64,000 nt of DNA, taken from assembly GCF_964194155.1 (NCBI RefSeq), contig NC_135902.1:53382001-53446000 (forward strand), in the 5' to 3' direction. Of this stretch, positions 13,820 to 26,775 are shown in pieces. A program made the translations under genes and the position numbers. The notes under the pieces are model-generated. The model was given only the letters and a program-made list of their open reading frames with translations. It was not told the origin of the DNA and did not search any database. The first letter of the stretch is position 1. Each line of letters opens with the position of its first letter. The stretch is from Cetorhinus maximus. Its lineage: Eukaryota.

Positions 13820-14037
13820 AATTAGCCATAGTCCACAAAGGACCATAGCTATCTCTCTCCATTAGAGAAATACAATTGGTTATATATAGCTTGAGAGGCA
13901 CCACTCCACAAGCAAGGGGCAAGGTGAGAAGTCAGGCCTCCGTGAACTACCGTACCTTGTACACGGATTGAACCTGAGCCGTTGGCGTTATTCTGCACCA
14001 CATTTTATACATCTACCCAAGTTAGCTAACTGACTCC
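13820..14037 (-). mobile_element. tRNA-derived SINE fragment
   Basis: B-box-like 'ggattgaacc' and A-box-like 'agctaact' in minus orientation. Confidence 0.5.
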
Positions 14038-14329
14038 AAGGACTCAAGCATGGGACATCTTGTCCTATATGGTTCAGTAAAGTTAAACTTTTGGGGCACC
14101 CTAAAATAAACTGACTCCCACTATGCAGTGTTCTTGCCGTTAACAAGACAACTGCATTATGTTTCTATGATGTGAGGCCTAATACATTGATGGTTTGGAA
14201 GTTACTGCAGAACTATTGTCCAATCTTATATAAAAGCAAAATACCGCGGATGCTGGAAATCTGAAACAAAAATAAAAATTGCTGGAAAAACTCAGCAGGT
14301 CTGACGGCGTCTGTGGAGAGAGAGACAAG

Positions 14330-14368
14330 AGTTAACGTTTCGAGTCTGTATGACTCTTCTTCAGAACT
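14330..14368 (-). ncRNA. Minimal hammerhead ribozyme (subtype A)
   Basis: Reverse complement reads AGTT-CTGAAGA-A-GAGTC-ataca-GACTC-GAAA-cg-TT-AACT. Confidence 0.82.
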
Positions 14369-14727
14369 AAAGAGAAGTAAAAATGTGGTGAAATATATAC
14401 TGTTTAAGGGGGGGTGAGGCAGGTGAAGCTGGATAGAAGGCCAGCGATAGGAAGGTCTGGGTCATGCTTGCGGACAGACCGAAGGTGTTCTGCAAAGCGG
14501 TCACCCAGTCTGCGTTTGGCATAATGCTCATCCTGCTTTCTGCTCTTAATGTCACCATTAGCACCTCCTTTAGCCAGTCTCACCACCATCAACACCCCCT
14601 CGACCTTCTGTTTGTGACATCTTTCACAATCTCTCCTTTGCCTCTACCTATCGCTGGCCTTCTATCCAGCTTTACCTGTCCCACCCCCTTAAACAGTATA
14701 TATTTCACCACATTTTTACTTCTCTTT

Positions 14728-14766
14728 AGTCCTAAAGAAGAGTCATACGGACTCGAAACGTTAACT
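14728..14766 (+). ncRNA. Degenerate hammerhead (core CTAAAGA)
   Basis: AGTC-CTAAAGA-A-GAGTC-atacg-GACTC-GAAA-cg-TT-AACT; G5 mutated to A. Confidence 0.6.
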
Positions 14767-16149
14767 CCGCCTTTCTCTACACAGATGCTGTCAGACCTGC
14801 TGAGTTTTTCCAGCAATTTTTGTTTTTGTTTCTAATGTCCAACCTTCCTGTGTGTAAACCCTGTATAACGTGTATCTCTTCCTATTCTGTCACATTACCC
14901 TTCCAAAAATAAGCATAGATTGCTCAGAGGTGGTTAGCAGTGTTTCATGAATCCATTTATTCATCTTTAGAGAAAGTTAATCCATATTTAATTGATTCAC
15001 AAACAAAGCATGTTGACCACAAAGGTGAGGTGGGATCTAGCAACTGCCTTTTTTCTTGGTCTTCATTTTCCATGTTTCCAGTTTATGTTCAAGTATTGAG
15101 TTCTTTTTGTGCTAAACCTGGGCTAGGATTGAATTGCGCCCAACTGTGATGGCCCATGCAGTCACATAGACTCGCATGTGAAGAGTAGCCATTGGGATAA
15201 GATACTGGAGGGTGACTGCTGCTACTGGAACAGTGCCTCAGTGAGGAGTCAATTACTTCCAGGGTGTTACAGTGAAAAAAAGTAGCAAAATAAGAAACAT
15301 TCTTGCTGTTTAATGTCGGTAGCATCCAGATATAAAGTAGCTTGTTATTTCAGTGCTTTGTGTAGATAGTAACAGTGAAGATCACCAATAACCATCTAAC
15401 AATCTCTGGACATCAGACCAGAGCCAGTGTCTTTAATTCACACTATCATGGAACCAGGCTCTTTTGATTTTTAGCTGTTGTAAGTTTGGGAGCTAAGTGA
15501 TTTGAGTTCACAGCCATAAGTGTATGAGGCTACTAGAATTGGCAAAGTGTGAAGATCGAAGAAATAGAGGAAACAAAGAAAGAGATGGATGGAGGCCCAG
15601 GGTGGGGTCGAATGCGGGAGATAACAAAGCTGACAATGTTTGTAAATAACAGAAGCGGAGATGTTAAAAGGCAGTCTGAATTCATTTTGATTTAGTGTGG
15701 TTCTATTTTTTTCTTTTCCATTTTCTTGTATGATTCCCTTTGCATTAGGTGCCCTATCGTACCTTGGCCATATGACTTGTTTTTAAGAAGTTATCCTGAA
15801 GGTGCCAGCAGGCGATTCAACTTTGGAAAGAGTCACAGCCTGATGGACTTTCTGCAGGGCTCACTGATGGTGATGAGTGGCTGCCAACCCCTTCTTGATG
15901 TGTTTTTCTCTCTCTCTCTACCCATGGATGTTTAGATCAGTTGGGGCACCCTAACTCTTTTACAGCTTATGATATTCAACATAATATCTGCCCTCAATTC
16001 AGATACATCATGAATGTACAGACTACCTGTTGAGTGTGTTATTCTAGCTCTGTCAATTGGTATCAGCTTCCAGTGATCATAGTTTCTTGTTCTACACTTG
16101 CATTTTCTTTTGAAGTTAGAATAATCTTTCAAAACCTTTTAAACAGACC

Positions 16150-16490
16150 TTGCCATATAGTTTAATGAGTAGATGCACATGTAATACTGTGAAGGATCAT
16201 ATATATGGCAAGAACAGGGAAGTGGGCTGGAGAATTAGTTAATGATTCTGTTATAGCTTTAGCACTGTAATAGAATTAGCACTGTAATTGAATAAGGATA
16301 TCTGAGAGGTTTGTTGAAACAGGACGTACATAGATAGACTTAAGACATAAAGGAAATCGGACAACATGTATGCATTACAAGTCACTAAACATTAAGGATA
16401 AGATGGAAGGTAGGTCTCGGGAAGTTCCGGGATATGCAGGATCAAAAGTACAATAATATTGGGTAATTTTAACTATCCTGAGAAAGACCC
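16150..16490 (+). mobile_element. Highly decayed CR1 endonuclease-region fragment
   Basis: 'ataatattgggtaattttaactatcct' = IILGNFNYP, resembling the APE GDFN motif. Confidence 0.5.
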
Positions 16491-16689
16491 ATTCCTTTGT
16501 ACAGAATTAGTTTAAAATTTGGCTGAATTAACATTTCTGTAAGTGTGGGCATTGTTTGTAATTTGCCTATTGATGGTGTAGCTTTAATTACTTGACTGGG
16601 GCTAAGGTATTGCTGGCTCCAGTAGTTTCTATGAAAATCCATTGAGTATTGGAAACTGAAGTTGTGCAGGAAACTCTGAGAGACTTAAA

Positions 16690-17900
16690 AGAATCAATGG
16701 CTTCCTGTAAACCTGCTGTGAAAATTAAATGTTATGACTAAAGATGTGTCCAAAGAGTCAGAAACTCAGCTTGCTAATTTAAAAAGGACATTGAAGCATC
16801 AGGTTGAAAAGAACGAATTAGTGGCAGTTGGAGAGGAGTTAATGCTGTTTGAATCAAAAATGAAGGAAAAGCATCAGCAAGATGTGACAAAACAGATGGT
16901 AACAGTACTCAAATGATAAAATAAAGGGAAGTAATGCTTTGAAGGAGGGTGCAAAAGCTGAATCCAGTGCTGACATGATAGAGCTAAGAGGAAAGATACT
17001 TATTCTTGAATGTAAATTAAAACTTTAAGATGAAGAAGCAATCGCTCTTTCTAGAAGAGAATTAGACAAAGCTCAAGTGCAATGGGAGGACGAAAAGTGA
17101 GAGGAATTTTTTTTAAATTATGAACTGACTAAAGAGGAGTATCAGACTTTCTGAGGTGAACATTGAAATAACCTTAAAACAGCTAAAGAGGATTTTACTT
17201 GACAAAAAAATGAACTGCTTGCACAAAAGGAGGCAGCGGTAAACCTGCGTATCCAGAGAAAGAACATTGAAGGTTAAGTCATGGAAAAAAATTTAAAGTT
17301 AAAAATGATCCTGAATTTAAATAGGATGAGGTGAATTCAATTGTTATGCAGGGCAATTCGGATGTTTGGTTGGGTGAAACTTTTCTTACAGACATGGGCA
17401 CTAAAAACATGCAGACATGAACCAAAATGAAGATGAGGAGTTCAAAACTGAACAGAATGGTTTGGGGTCTGTTTTAAAACAGGAGGGAGAGATGGTGGCA
17501 TTCACAGCTACCAGTAACCAGAAGCCAGGTGGTTTTCCAACCATCAGTAATGTTGTTCTTGGCAGGGTTAACCAGACCAAACAAATTGTGCAATCTCTGG
17601 CTTATCAAAAGTACTATCGCAGGGTCCAGATTGTGCACAATCTGAACCAACATGATGGATGCAAAATCACAAACAAAGGACATGGAAAGGCTATCTAGAC
17701 TAGGCAAAATGAGAAAGGAGATCTTTTGTGGAGATTGAATGAAAGTGAATCAGCCAGTAGTAAAATAAGCTCTCATTTGCAAAAGAGTTGGGAATCTAAG
17801 AATTTACTCAAGCTGGACTTTAAATCCTAATTGTCACATTTGGTTGATTGTTACAGGTTAAGCCTTATAATGTTGCCAAGACAGAATGTTTAATGGTGAA
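16690..17900 (+). pseudogene. Decayed A/G-rich coiled-coil coding remnant, possibly retroelement gag or ORF1
   Basis: Broken K/E/Q-rich frames (KESETQLANLKRTLKHQVEKNEL...) upstream of LTR-like sequence; no diagnostic motif. Confidence 0.3.
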
Positions 17901-17989
17901 ATGTGACAAAAAAGGGAAAGAGTGTTACTTAGACTGTATGTAGTAAGTTAGTTGTTAAAACATTTACAACTTTATATTTTGAAAGTACT

Positions 17990-18561
17990 ACAGTAATGCT
18001 TTATTTTCCTTTTTTTGGGAAGCTATTGCAAATGCTGGAGTTTACAAGACAGTGATGTTTTAAAATGTCTCCTTTTACTTAAGGTAAAACAGAGTTTTCT
18101 GGAAAGGTGATGGTGAGGTCATACTAAATGCCTGCACATGGATACGGGCCCATGTGATCTGGTGGCCATGGGAGGGGAACTCGAATGGAAACCAAATTGA
18201 AATATCAAGTGATGGTTTCAACTCACTTCTACAGTGACTCACAGTGAAGGGACAGCTGTTTTTGTGAGATACAGGGAGAGAGACAAAGTAACTACTGCTG
18301 TGTGGAGAAGCATAGCCACTACTGTGAGAAGAGCAGAGAAAGACTGTTTTGTGGTAACAGCCAAGCAGGATGCTTCTGAGTTTTTGTTTTCTGTTCAGAA
18401 GGAAGGGGACAGAACAAGTAATGTTTGATCTATGTTGACTTTAGTATGTTTGTTACTGTAAAAGTCCGAAAACGTGAAGTTTTGTCCTTTGGTTATTTCC
18501 ATTGGTCATTGGGAAATTAATTTATTTTTTAAAGTTATCAGTTTCTACAGGGATCATAACA
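17990..18561 (+). mobile_element. Putative solo LTR
   Basis: Ends in 'gggatcataaca' with an LTR-like 3' composition, similar to the end at 19944; no TSD found. Confidence 0.4.
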
Positions 18562-18641
18562 TAAGTCAAGTGATCAGAGTGGGAACTACTTTCTAGGATA
18601 TATTCTAAATTAATATATTTCTTGCGCAACAAGGAAAGAAG

Positions 18642-18811
18642 TATGAAATGAGAACAGAAAATTCCGGAAATACTCAGCGGGTCAGGCAGCATCTGTAGAG
18701 AGATAAACATTCTCTCCACAGATGCTACCTGACCTGCCAAGTCTTTCCAACAGTTTCTGCTTTTATTTCAAATTTCCTGCATCTGCAGTATTTTGCTTTT
18801 GTATTAGTGAG
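18642..18811. mobile_element. Penelope-derived hairpin insert lacking the hammerhead
   Basis: Arms 'gggtcaggcagcatctgtagagag' and 'ctctccacagatgctacctgacc'; TSD aaggaaagaag at 18631-18641 and 18812-18822. Confidence 0.75.
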
Positions 18812-19033
18812 AAGGAAAGAAGCTTTGCTTGATTTAGTTCTGTGAAGTGTGAGAGGTGATGTGCCAATGTAGTTAGGTTCAGTGTCAAATTGGAAAAGAA
18901 TAATGGTTCAGAGATGAGAACATTGGACTGGAAAAAGGAAAAAAAAATCAGCAAGAGTGTGAGTTCAAGTCACATTCCCACAGAAACTAATGTGATGAAA
19001 ACTGGTGTCTGCAGTGAGCGTGGTTTGAAAGCC

Positions 19034-19213
19034 GGAGAAGAGCAAAGTTGACGTTTCAAGTCCTCATGACCCTTCAACAGAACTAAGTAGAAATAGGAAA
19101 GGGGTGAAATATAAGCTTATATCCACCGATTCTGCCAGACCTGCTGTGTTTTTCCAGGTATTTCTGTTTTTGTTTTGGATTTCCAGCATCCGCAGTTTTT
19201 TGTTTTTATCTCT
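19034..19213. mobile_element. Penelope-derived insert with 5' inversion and hammerhead
   Basis: Perfect 14-bp TSD gtggtttgaaagcc at 19020-19033 and 19214-19227; near-identical to the 56690-56855 terminus, in two orientations. Confidence 0.9.
19046..19084 (-). ncRNA. Minimal hammerhead ribozyme (subtype B, CUGUUGA core)
   Basis: Reverse complement reads AGTT-CTGTTGA-A-GGGTC-atgag-GACTT-GAAA-cg-TC-AACT. Confidence 0.7.
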
Positions 19214-20064
19214 GTGGTTTGAAAGCCTGTGTTTTTTCGGACAGTCCCTAACTGAAACAGAAACCAAGTGCAGGTTTCTGGGAGGGGGTGGTTAATTGGA
19301 TTTCCAGGCTATGACCCCAGACTTCTGAGAAATCAGCCTGTGGCCCAGGATGTTGGTTGGGAGAAAAAAAACAAAGAGCAGACTGAGAGGTCAAATTTCA
19401 GCCAGTGGTCAAAACAGGCAAGGGCTTCTTGCAAAGTTCAGTTTTTCAGCAGAAGAGGAGAACAATGACTGTGAAGCTGTGAGTGTAAGGCAGCTAAGGT
19501 AGAAAGTCAGAGTACAGCCGGAGAAGGAGACCGAAAAGGCTAATTCCCGAAGCAGTGCTGTGAAGCATCCGGAAAAGCATGCCTTTTGGTGGGCATTGTA
19601 CCAAGAAACTTGGGGGTGGTAATGTGACTTCAGGCCTAACTCCTGCGTGAATGAAGGAACTAAAGCTCTACCTGGAAAGAACCAAGTTTTGCGGGCCTCC
19701 GTGGCTGAGATTAATGCCATATGTGCTGAAGGAACAAGCTGAGAAGTCCGTGGGTCCTATTTTTGTTGTATTGGCTATTTGATGTGTAAATTATAGTTTC
19801 TACAAAATACAATTTTTCCGTTAATTCATGTTTGCTTTATGTTGATTTTAGTTTGACTATAACAGTAAAAGTTTTAAGAAGTGAAATCTTATGCAACAGT
19901 TTCTCCTTTTGGGGATTTTTTTTACGTTTTTGGGGATCACAACACCAGGCAAAATGAACTGGGCAGGAATGTAATCAACAGTGGGAAATCTTCAAATATG
20001 AGATGCATACGGATAGAATATAGATTCCTATATAAATCTATCTTTAATCTATGAATAGGTAAGG

Positions 20065-20300
20065 AGTATAGTAGCACTGTGGTTACTGGACTAATAATCC
20101 AGAGGCCTGACTAATGATTAATGATCAGTTAAATAAATCCGGAATAAAAAGCTAGTGTCAGTAATGGTGACCGTGAAACTCAGATTGATGTAAAAATCCA
20201 TCTAGTTTATCAATGCCCTTTAGAGTTGGAAACCTGCTGTCCATATATTGACTGGTCTTCACATGACTCCAGACCACAGTAAAGTGATTGACTCTTAGAA
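20065..20300 (+). mobile_element. tRNA-derived SINE fragment
   Basis: Homologous to 43403-43650 ('ctggactaataatccagag', 'gtgaccgtgaaac', 'catgactccagacc'). Confidence 0.7.
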
Positions 20301-20451
20301 ACGACTCATGGAAAAGGCACTTAGACATGTTTTCCATACTCCTTAAATATGCAAATTATGTGGTTGGGTTGAAGAGTTGCTCAAGAAGGGAAGAAAGATA
20401 AACTAGATAACTAAACTAGTTAATCTATCATTAGCTATGAATAAACCTTTG

Positions 20452-22238
20452 GGGCCAAATTTTCGTCTGGGCTCGAGGAAAATCTGATGTGCACACTTTT
20501 GAAATATGCAAAATATACACCCAACCCATGTGTGACTCTACGAGGGATTTTCGCCTTTTCATGGGTGGGGATCACAGTGCATTTTATGAGCCGCGACGGA
20601 GTGCGTGAGAAGTGGGGGTGTGAAGATGGACCAGTTAGAAGACCCGCCTCAGTTCTCCAGTAAAACAACCAAGTTCCCAACAATGTTTAAAGCCTCCCTA
20701 AACCACACCCTTCACCCCTTCACATCCCATGCTACCTCTCATTCCCCAGTGCCATGCAATATCCCCTCACATTCTCTCAAGTCATCTGCATTCCCCATGC
20801 CATCCCATGCTCCCTCGCATTGCCATGTGCCGCCTAACATTTCCCCCAGGCCCCCACATGCCACCTATATACCCCCATGCCACCTCATTTCCATGCCACC
20901 ACATGCCACTCTATACCCTGTGCCATCTCACATTCCCCATGCCAACCTATGTCACCTGTCTGCCACCCCCCCCCCCCCCCCCAATGTATGCACAATGTAC
21001 AGTTCTCAGGAGCCATGCAAGAGCAATGGGAATTATTTTAAAATCATCGCAAAACCATTAAACCTGTAACAATCTAAGGAAACCTTGAAATCAAACTTAC
21101 TATCATTGATACTGGATCAAAAAAACCCAAAGAAAAAAAGTTGTAATCCTTTAAGTACTTATTAAGTTTGTGAACAAATAAGAAACCACACCAAATACAT
21201 AATCTTATTGTAGGCTGAAGAAAGTTTCAATAGTTCTTGGATCTTGAATCAATAAGACCACCTGCTGAGTTGAAGCTTTTGAACCCCAGGCAAGCATTCA
21301 TAATGGAATGGCTGTTATAGCAAAATCCTCCAGCTCCACTGACAGAATGTGCATCCATTTCCATTTCAAAGAAGAGTGCCTGTCAATCAATGGAGGGGGA
21401 GCAGGCGCAGATCCATTTTTTCTACATTCAGAAGCAGGTTTTTTTTGAAAGAGCCAAATCCGCTACTTCAATTAAATCAGAGCACAGAAACATGACAGCA
21501 GAGGGCATTTTATTCCCACATTTTTTAATGCGTTGTGGTATTTTCTCCATTGCAAAAGCACCTTAATGCATGTGAACAATTACATGAAGCTAGTCAATCT
21601 AAGGGTCAACTTACCTTTGCAAGACAGATTCTATAATGAATCACCACATTAAAAACACACTTACATTACAATACAACACCTAATAGTGACATTTTTTATT
21701 TATTCATTTACAGGATGTGGTGTTGCTGGCTAGGTCAATATTTATTGCCCATCCCTAATTGCCCTTGAGAAGGTGGTGGTGAGCCATTGCCTTGAACCAT
21801 TGCAATCCATGTGGTGTAGGTACACCCACAGTGACATCAGACATTTAAAGGGGTCAAAACATTTTTACATTTACTTTTCAGAATGTTCCCAACTCATCAC
21901 CAGGCTTTTCATTTCCTTCAAGAATTCACAAACCTGGTATGCTTTCAATGTGCTTCCAAAACCCTGCAACACCAGATGAAAATTGTATGCAGGAGGAAAT
22001 CCAATTTTCACCCCCCACCCCCCCCCCCCCCCCCCACCCACCATTTAAATTAGGGAACCCAACCTCAGCAGGGGCACGTGTGTTTTGCAAATGAGGCATT
22101 CCTGACCTGCAAAAAGGCCAGAGGAAAATGGCAGAGGCTCAGGAATGTTGAGGAAAATCAGGTTTCCTCCAGAAAAATCAAAGTGTGATCATTCACGCAC
22201 CCAAAACGTGTCTCCGTCCTCCGATGAAAATTCGGTCC
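20452..22238. mobile_element. Non-autonomous TIR element (Harbinger-like), about 1.8 kb
   Basis: TIRs gggccaaattttcgtc and gatgaaaattcggtcc (13/16); ccatgcc-rich interior related to 42560-42990 and 60140-60290; contains a LINE-tail insert at about 21690-21835. Confidence 0.6.
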
Positions 22239-22259
22239 TTAGAATCTATGATTAGAGTT

Positions 22260-22990
22260 AAAAATATGAAGCGTGGGTTAATCACCGACGACCAGCCAGA
22301 TTTGTTAAAGGGCTGTCGTGTTTGACAAATTTAATTGAATATTTTTTCGAAGAAATGACTGACTTTTGCAGCAAGAGCTCCATAAAATGCCTCAAGATGC
22401 CTTTTAGAAAAATTCAGGCGTATTTAATAAGAGGAAACGTAGCACTTGGATAAAATGTTGGTTGGCGAGCAGGAAACAAGAGTTGAAGAAATGGATGTTG
22501 TTCAGTTTGAAAATGCTTTACCCTGGGGTGAGTGATGATCCACTTTTGCTTTAATAGATATCGATATTTGTGCTTGGGTATAGGAAGGCAATATTGAAAC
22601 TGTCTGACAATACACAAATAAGAGGATTGGCAATCAGTGAGGGGGACTGTATAATACTTCAATAAAATACAGGTAGGTTAGAGAATGGATAGGCAAATAT
22701 GAGATGTGACTTAGTAGATGAGTGAGAGTTAACAGATTAAAGAATGCACATGTATTCTCAGTGGGAAAACACTGAAGAATTTGGATGAGCAGATACTTGG
22801 AAATCAAATAAATAATTCTTTGAATGTGTGAATATAGGCTGAAAAAAATTTAAGAGAAACTTGGAGAAATAATTGAAGCAGAGGAAGATACAGGCCTACG
22901 GGGAGAGTGCAGGGCAATGTATTGCTCAAGACTAGGGTTAGCATTGACAAGATGAACTGAATGGCCCACTTCTGTGCTGTAAATTCATGG
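22260..22990 (+). mobile_element. Old decayed CR1 RT and 3' fragment
   Basis: 'gtcgtgtttgacaaatttaattgaat' = SCLTNLIE; CR1 3' end 'gaatggcccacttctgtgctgtaaattc'. Confidence 0.7.
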
Positions 22991-23084
22991 TTCTAAATTT
23001 CTGTGACTCTTTATGGACCAGATCCCATGGTTTGATCCCAGCCTGTGTTCAGTTAGTTGATCTATAATTTCCAAGGTGCTACAA

Positions 23085-23975
23085 TTTCACCGAATCGCAG
23101 AATATTTACAGTGCAGGTGGAGGCCATTCGGCCTATCAAGTCTGCACTGGCTCTCTGAAAGAGCATTCTACCGAGTCTCACTCCTCTGCCTTATCCCTGT
23201 AACTATGCACATTCTCTCTTTTCAGGTAGCAATCCAATTCCCATTTGAATACCTCGATCGAACCTGCCTCCACCACCCTCAGGAAGTTTGTTCCAGACTC
23301 CAGCCACCCTCTGGATAAAAGATTTTTTCCCCGCATCACTTTTACTCCAATTTTCCTCTGTTGGGTTAAAGTGAAGCAGGGTTCCTACTCCTGATTAGTG
23401 TCCAGTGACCACCCCGTCCCCCAGCGGCCCCAAAATCACAATTATTACAGTGCAGAAGGAAGCCATTCGGGTCAACGTGCCTGGACTAGCTCTCCGAATG
23501 AGCAATTCACCTAGTGCTGATCCCCTGCCTTCTCCCTGTAACCCTGCGCATTCTTCCTTTTCAGATAACAGTCTAATTCCCTTTTGAATCCTCGATTGAA
23601 CCTACCTCCACCACACTTTAAGGCATTCCAGACCTTAATCTCTCACTCGGTAAAAAAAAAATTTTCTCATGTCGCTTTTGGTTCTTTTGCCCATCACTTT
23701 AAATCTGTGCCCTCTCGTTCTCCATCCTTTCATGAGTGGAAACAGTTTCTCTTCATCTACTCTGTCCAGACTCCTCATGATTTTGAATATCTCTATCAAA
23801 ACTCCTCTCAGCCTTCTCTTCTCCAAGGAAAACAGTCTAACCTCTCCAATCTGCCTTCACAACTGAAGTTTCTCATTCCAGAAACCATTCTCGTGAATCT
23901 TTTCTGCACTCTCTCCAATGCCTTCACATCTTTACTAAAGTGCGGCACCAAGAACTGGGCATAATACTCCAGCTG
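23085..23975 (-). mobile_element. Two CR1 3' fragments (23085-23345 and 23435-23975)
   Basis: Minus ORFs LEYYAQFLVPHFSKDVKALERVQKRFTRMV and EKRRLRGVLIEIFKIM. Confidence 0.85.
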
Positions 23976-25689
23976 CACTATCCTCTTTGCTTTGAATATT
24001 CCTGTGTGGCCATCAGTTGTGGACAAGATCTGCCTCAGTTACTCACCCTGTCCTCAGACTGCTAACACTCACTGATTAGGTTTCTGCAGAAGAAGAATTG
24101 TGCTTGAGGCAAGGCTCTGGAGGGCTGAAGACATTGGTGAACCATACCCCAGCAAGTGCTGGTGACAGTGGATAGTAGGGAGTGGTGCAGGGGGAAGGAA
24201 CTGATCAAAAATAGTGTTTAAATGATTAACTTGCTTGTGGATGTTTATTTTTTAAAGCAGTCTGGAGTGCTTTCATCAAAAGCAGTGTCATTGTTTAAGA
24301 AAGATCAGCGCTGTATTTCTACAAAATTCTGTTGTTAATACATGAATTATAATGAATGGTTGGTGATTCTCTTTGTGTTTGTATTGATCCGATCTTAATA
24401 GCTCACTGCCAACTTTACACTTAATCCTTACTTAATATTGTATTTTGCCAGTTCAGTAGGAATACAGTGGGGATTTGCATAATTGCCTGGCAAGGCAAGT
24501 GTCAGCTTATCATATTCATTATGACAATAAGTTTTGGTTGCTTTGGGCAAATGACTAAATGCAGGTATTCTGAGATGAATATTAAGTCTGCTGGTTTGCA
24601 ATTCTGCTATTCTGGCATAGGGCCAGTCGGCCACTGGCACTCTTAATCATTTTAAATACGTTTTACATTTTGTGTTTTCATTTAGCTTTTATAGAAAAAA
24701 GGGATTTTTTTTTTAATTTTTGAAGATGTGTAATTCTGGATCAGAATTCTGTAAAGTGGCTCAAGTACCTGAGATTTACTGACTCTATAGTTATGCTCTC
24801 TTCTACTGTTCCCATCCCCTCCCTCTTCCATCGTTGAATAATAAGGTATGGCAGATTTGCTGAGATGATCTTGAATGAATAATCAAGATGCTGTGGATGT
24901 GAGTTGGGGAAACCCTCCCCCCACCCCCATTCACTGTTCAGATATGTATTTGGAGTGTCTGGCAGTTGATGCAGTTTGTGAATTTACCCTCCACTGTATG
25001 ACTGGCAGAAGGGAGAAGTGGTTAGGTGTTTAGCTGCAGAACTGCTAAAGAGATCCCGAATTCTGTACTAGAATGCTAAAAAATGCTGAAAACAACAGTT
25101 AATTTTTGGTACAAGGGGTGGAGGAGAGCAGAAAGTGGCTAGATTGACCCATGGGGTTAGAGTTCCCTATGCAATACCCATTTATTGGGAATTAATCTTA
25201 CCATATGGTGAACAGGGAGCGTGCACATGTTACAAGTTTGAAGTGCACCATGCAATGTATTGTTAAAAAGTTAGCGTACCTCTGTACCTATGCCCAGAAA
25301 AGGTATTACGCCCTTTGCATGGGCAAATAAGGGGCCTGATACCAATTTATGGCGCCACTGCACGACTGGTTTGCCCTGCAGGAGTCGACAGCAGCTGCAC
25401 TCAGGAAACCAGGCCTATGTGTGGCATAGCAGTTCTTAAAGGGACAGCTGCTGCCACAATCAACAAGGTCAGTATTTAAAATATACTTGCTTGATTAGTC
25501 AAGAGGTTTGAGGAGACACCTGACTGAACATGCAAAGAATGTGGGCTACTGCCACCACTGCTGGCCCTCCAGCGACGCCCCCCCACCCCTCCCCAACCCT
25601 CCACTCCCCACAGCACCCCCTCCCAAACCTGCTCCCCCAGTCATTGTCAATACTTCCTTCCTAAGTTGCAATAGTTAAGGATGAAGTGA

Positions 25690-26775
25690 AAAGAGAGCTT
25701 GGAGTCTTGTTAGGTTTGGCGTTCATTGCATCTATCATTGTAGAGCAGCAATCAACAAAGCAAGCAGGATGCTGGACTATATAGGGCCAAAAATGTTGAG
25801 TACAAGTTAGAGGAGATCGTGCTCAAACTGTGCAGTGCTATGCTGGACCATAGCTTGAGTACTATCTGCATTCTGGTCACCAAGGCAGAGAAATCCAAGC
25901 TCCGGAGGGAGTTCAGATACAAACCCAGGCTGATTCCTAGAGTCACAGATCTGAGGTATGAGGAAAACCTGAAGAAACTTGGCTGACTGAGTGGTGATCT
26001 TGTAGTGGTGTATAAGATAATAAATGGTATGGAAAAGAAGAATGCAAGAAATAACTTCAAATGAAATTCTGACAGTTGGACAAGGTGACACTGGTTCAAA
26101 TTAGTAAAAGGTAGGCTTAAGACTAATTTCAAGAAGTTCTTCACACACTCAGATTAAAATATGGAAGAGCGACTTGAATTATGTAGAGAGATTGGACTGA
26201 GATTAGCCCCTGGGTTGAACAACTGTGGGGTTTAAATATTGAACAGAACAATGGGCCTGAAATTGCTGAAATTATTTTATTCATTTAGCTATTCAGACAT
26301 TGGAGAGGATGCAGAAGAGATTTACTAGAATGGTACCAAGAGCAAGGGACTCGGTTATTTAGACAGACTGGCGAAGCTTGAGTCATGGAAGGTTAAGAGG
26401 AGATTGAATGGAGATGTTCAAAACCATGGATGGTTTTGATGAGGGTAAATAAGGGGAACCTGTTTCTAGTGGTACAAACATTGATAACCGGAGAACACAA
26501 ATTTAAGGGAATTGGCAATAGAACCAGAGGTGATATGAGTAGACATTGTTTTATGCAGTGAGTTGTTATGCTCTGGAATGGACTGCCTGAAAGGATGTTG
26601 GAAGCAGATTCAATAGTAACATTCAAAAGGAAATTGGCTAAATATATTTGGGAGATAATTTACTGATGCTATTTGGAAAGAGCAAGGGAGTAAGTTTAAT
26701 TCATAGCTCTACCAAAGAACTGGCACAGGCATAATAGACTGAATAGCTTCCTTTGGCACACTATAATTTTATGAG
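25690..26775 (+). mobile_element. Two tandem decayed CR1 3' fragments
   Basis: 'ttggagaggatgcagaagagatttactagaatg', 'ttaagaggagattgaat' and CR1 3' tails near 26260 and 26770. Confidence 0.75.

Larger units (their letters stand above)
14228..14831. mobile_element. Rearranged Penelope-derived fold-back element with a GIY-YIG fragment and two hammerheads
   Basis: About 190-bp inverted arms (14260-14451 and 14646-14831). The minus-strand spacer encodes KRRLGDRFAEHLRSVRKHDPDLP. TSD ctattgtccaatctt (14213-14227) / ctaatgtccaacctt (14832-14846). Confidence 0.88.
18991..19944 (+). mobile_element. Putative solo LTR interrupted by a Penelope insert
   Basis: Starts TGTGAT and ends 'ggggatcacaaca'; no TSD identified. 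Confidence 0.45.

Noticed and set aside
20605-21069. 154-aa Pro/His-rich ORF
   Set aside because: Low-complexity ccatgcc-rich interior of a TIR repeat
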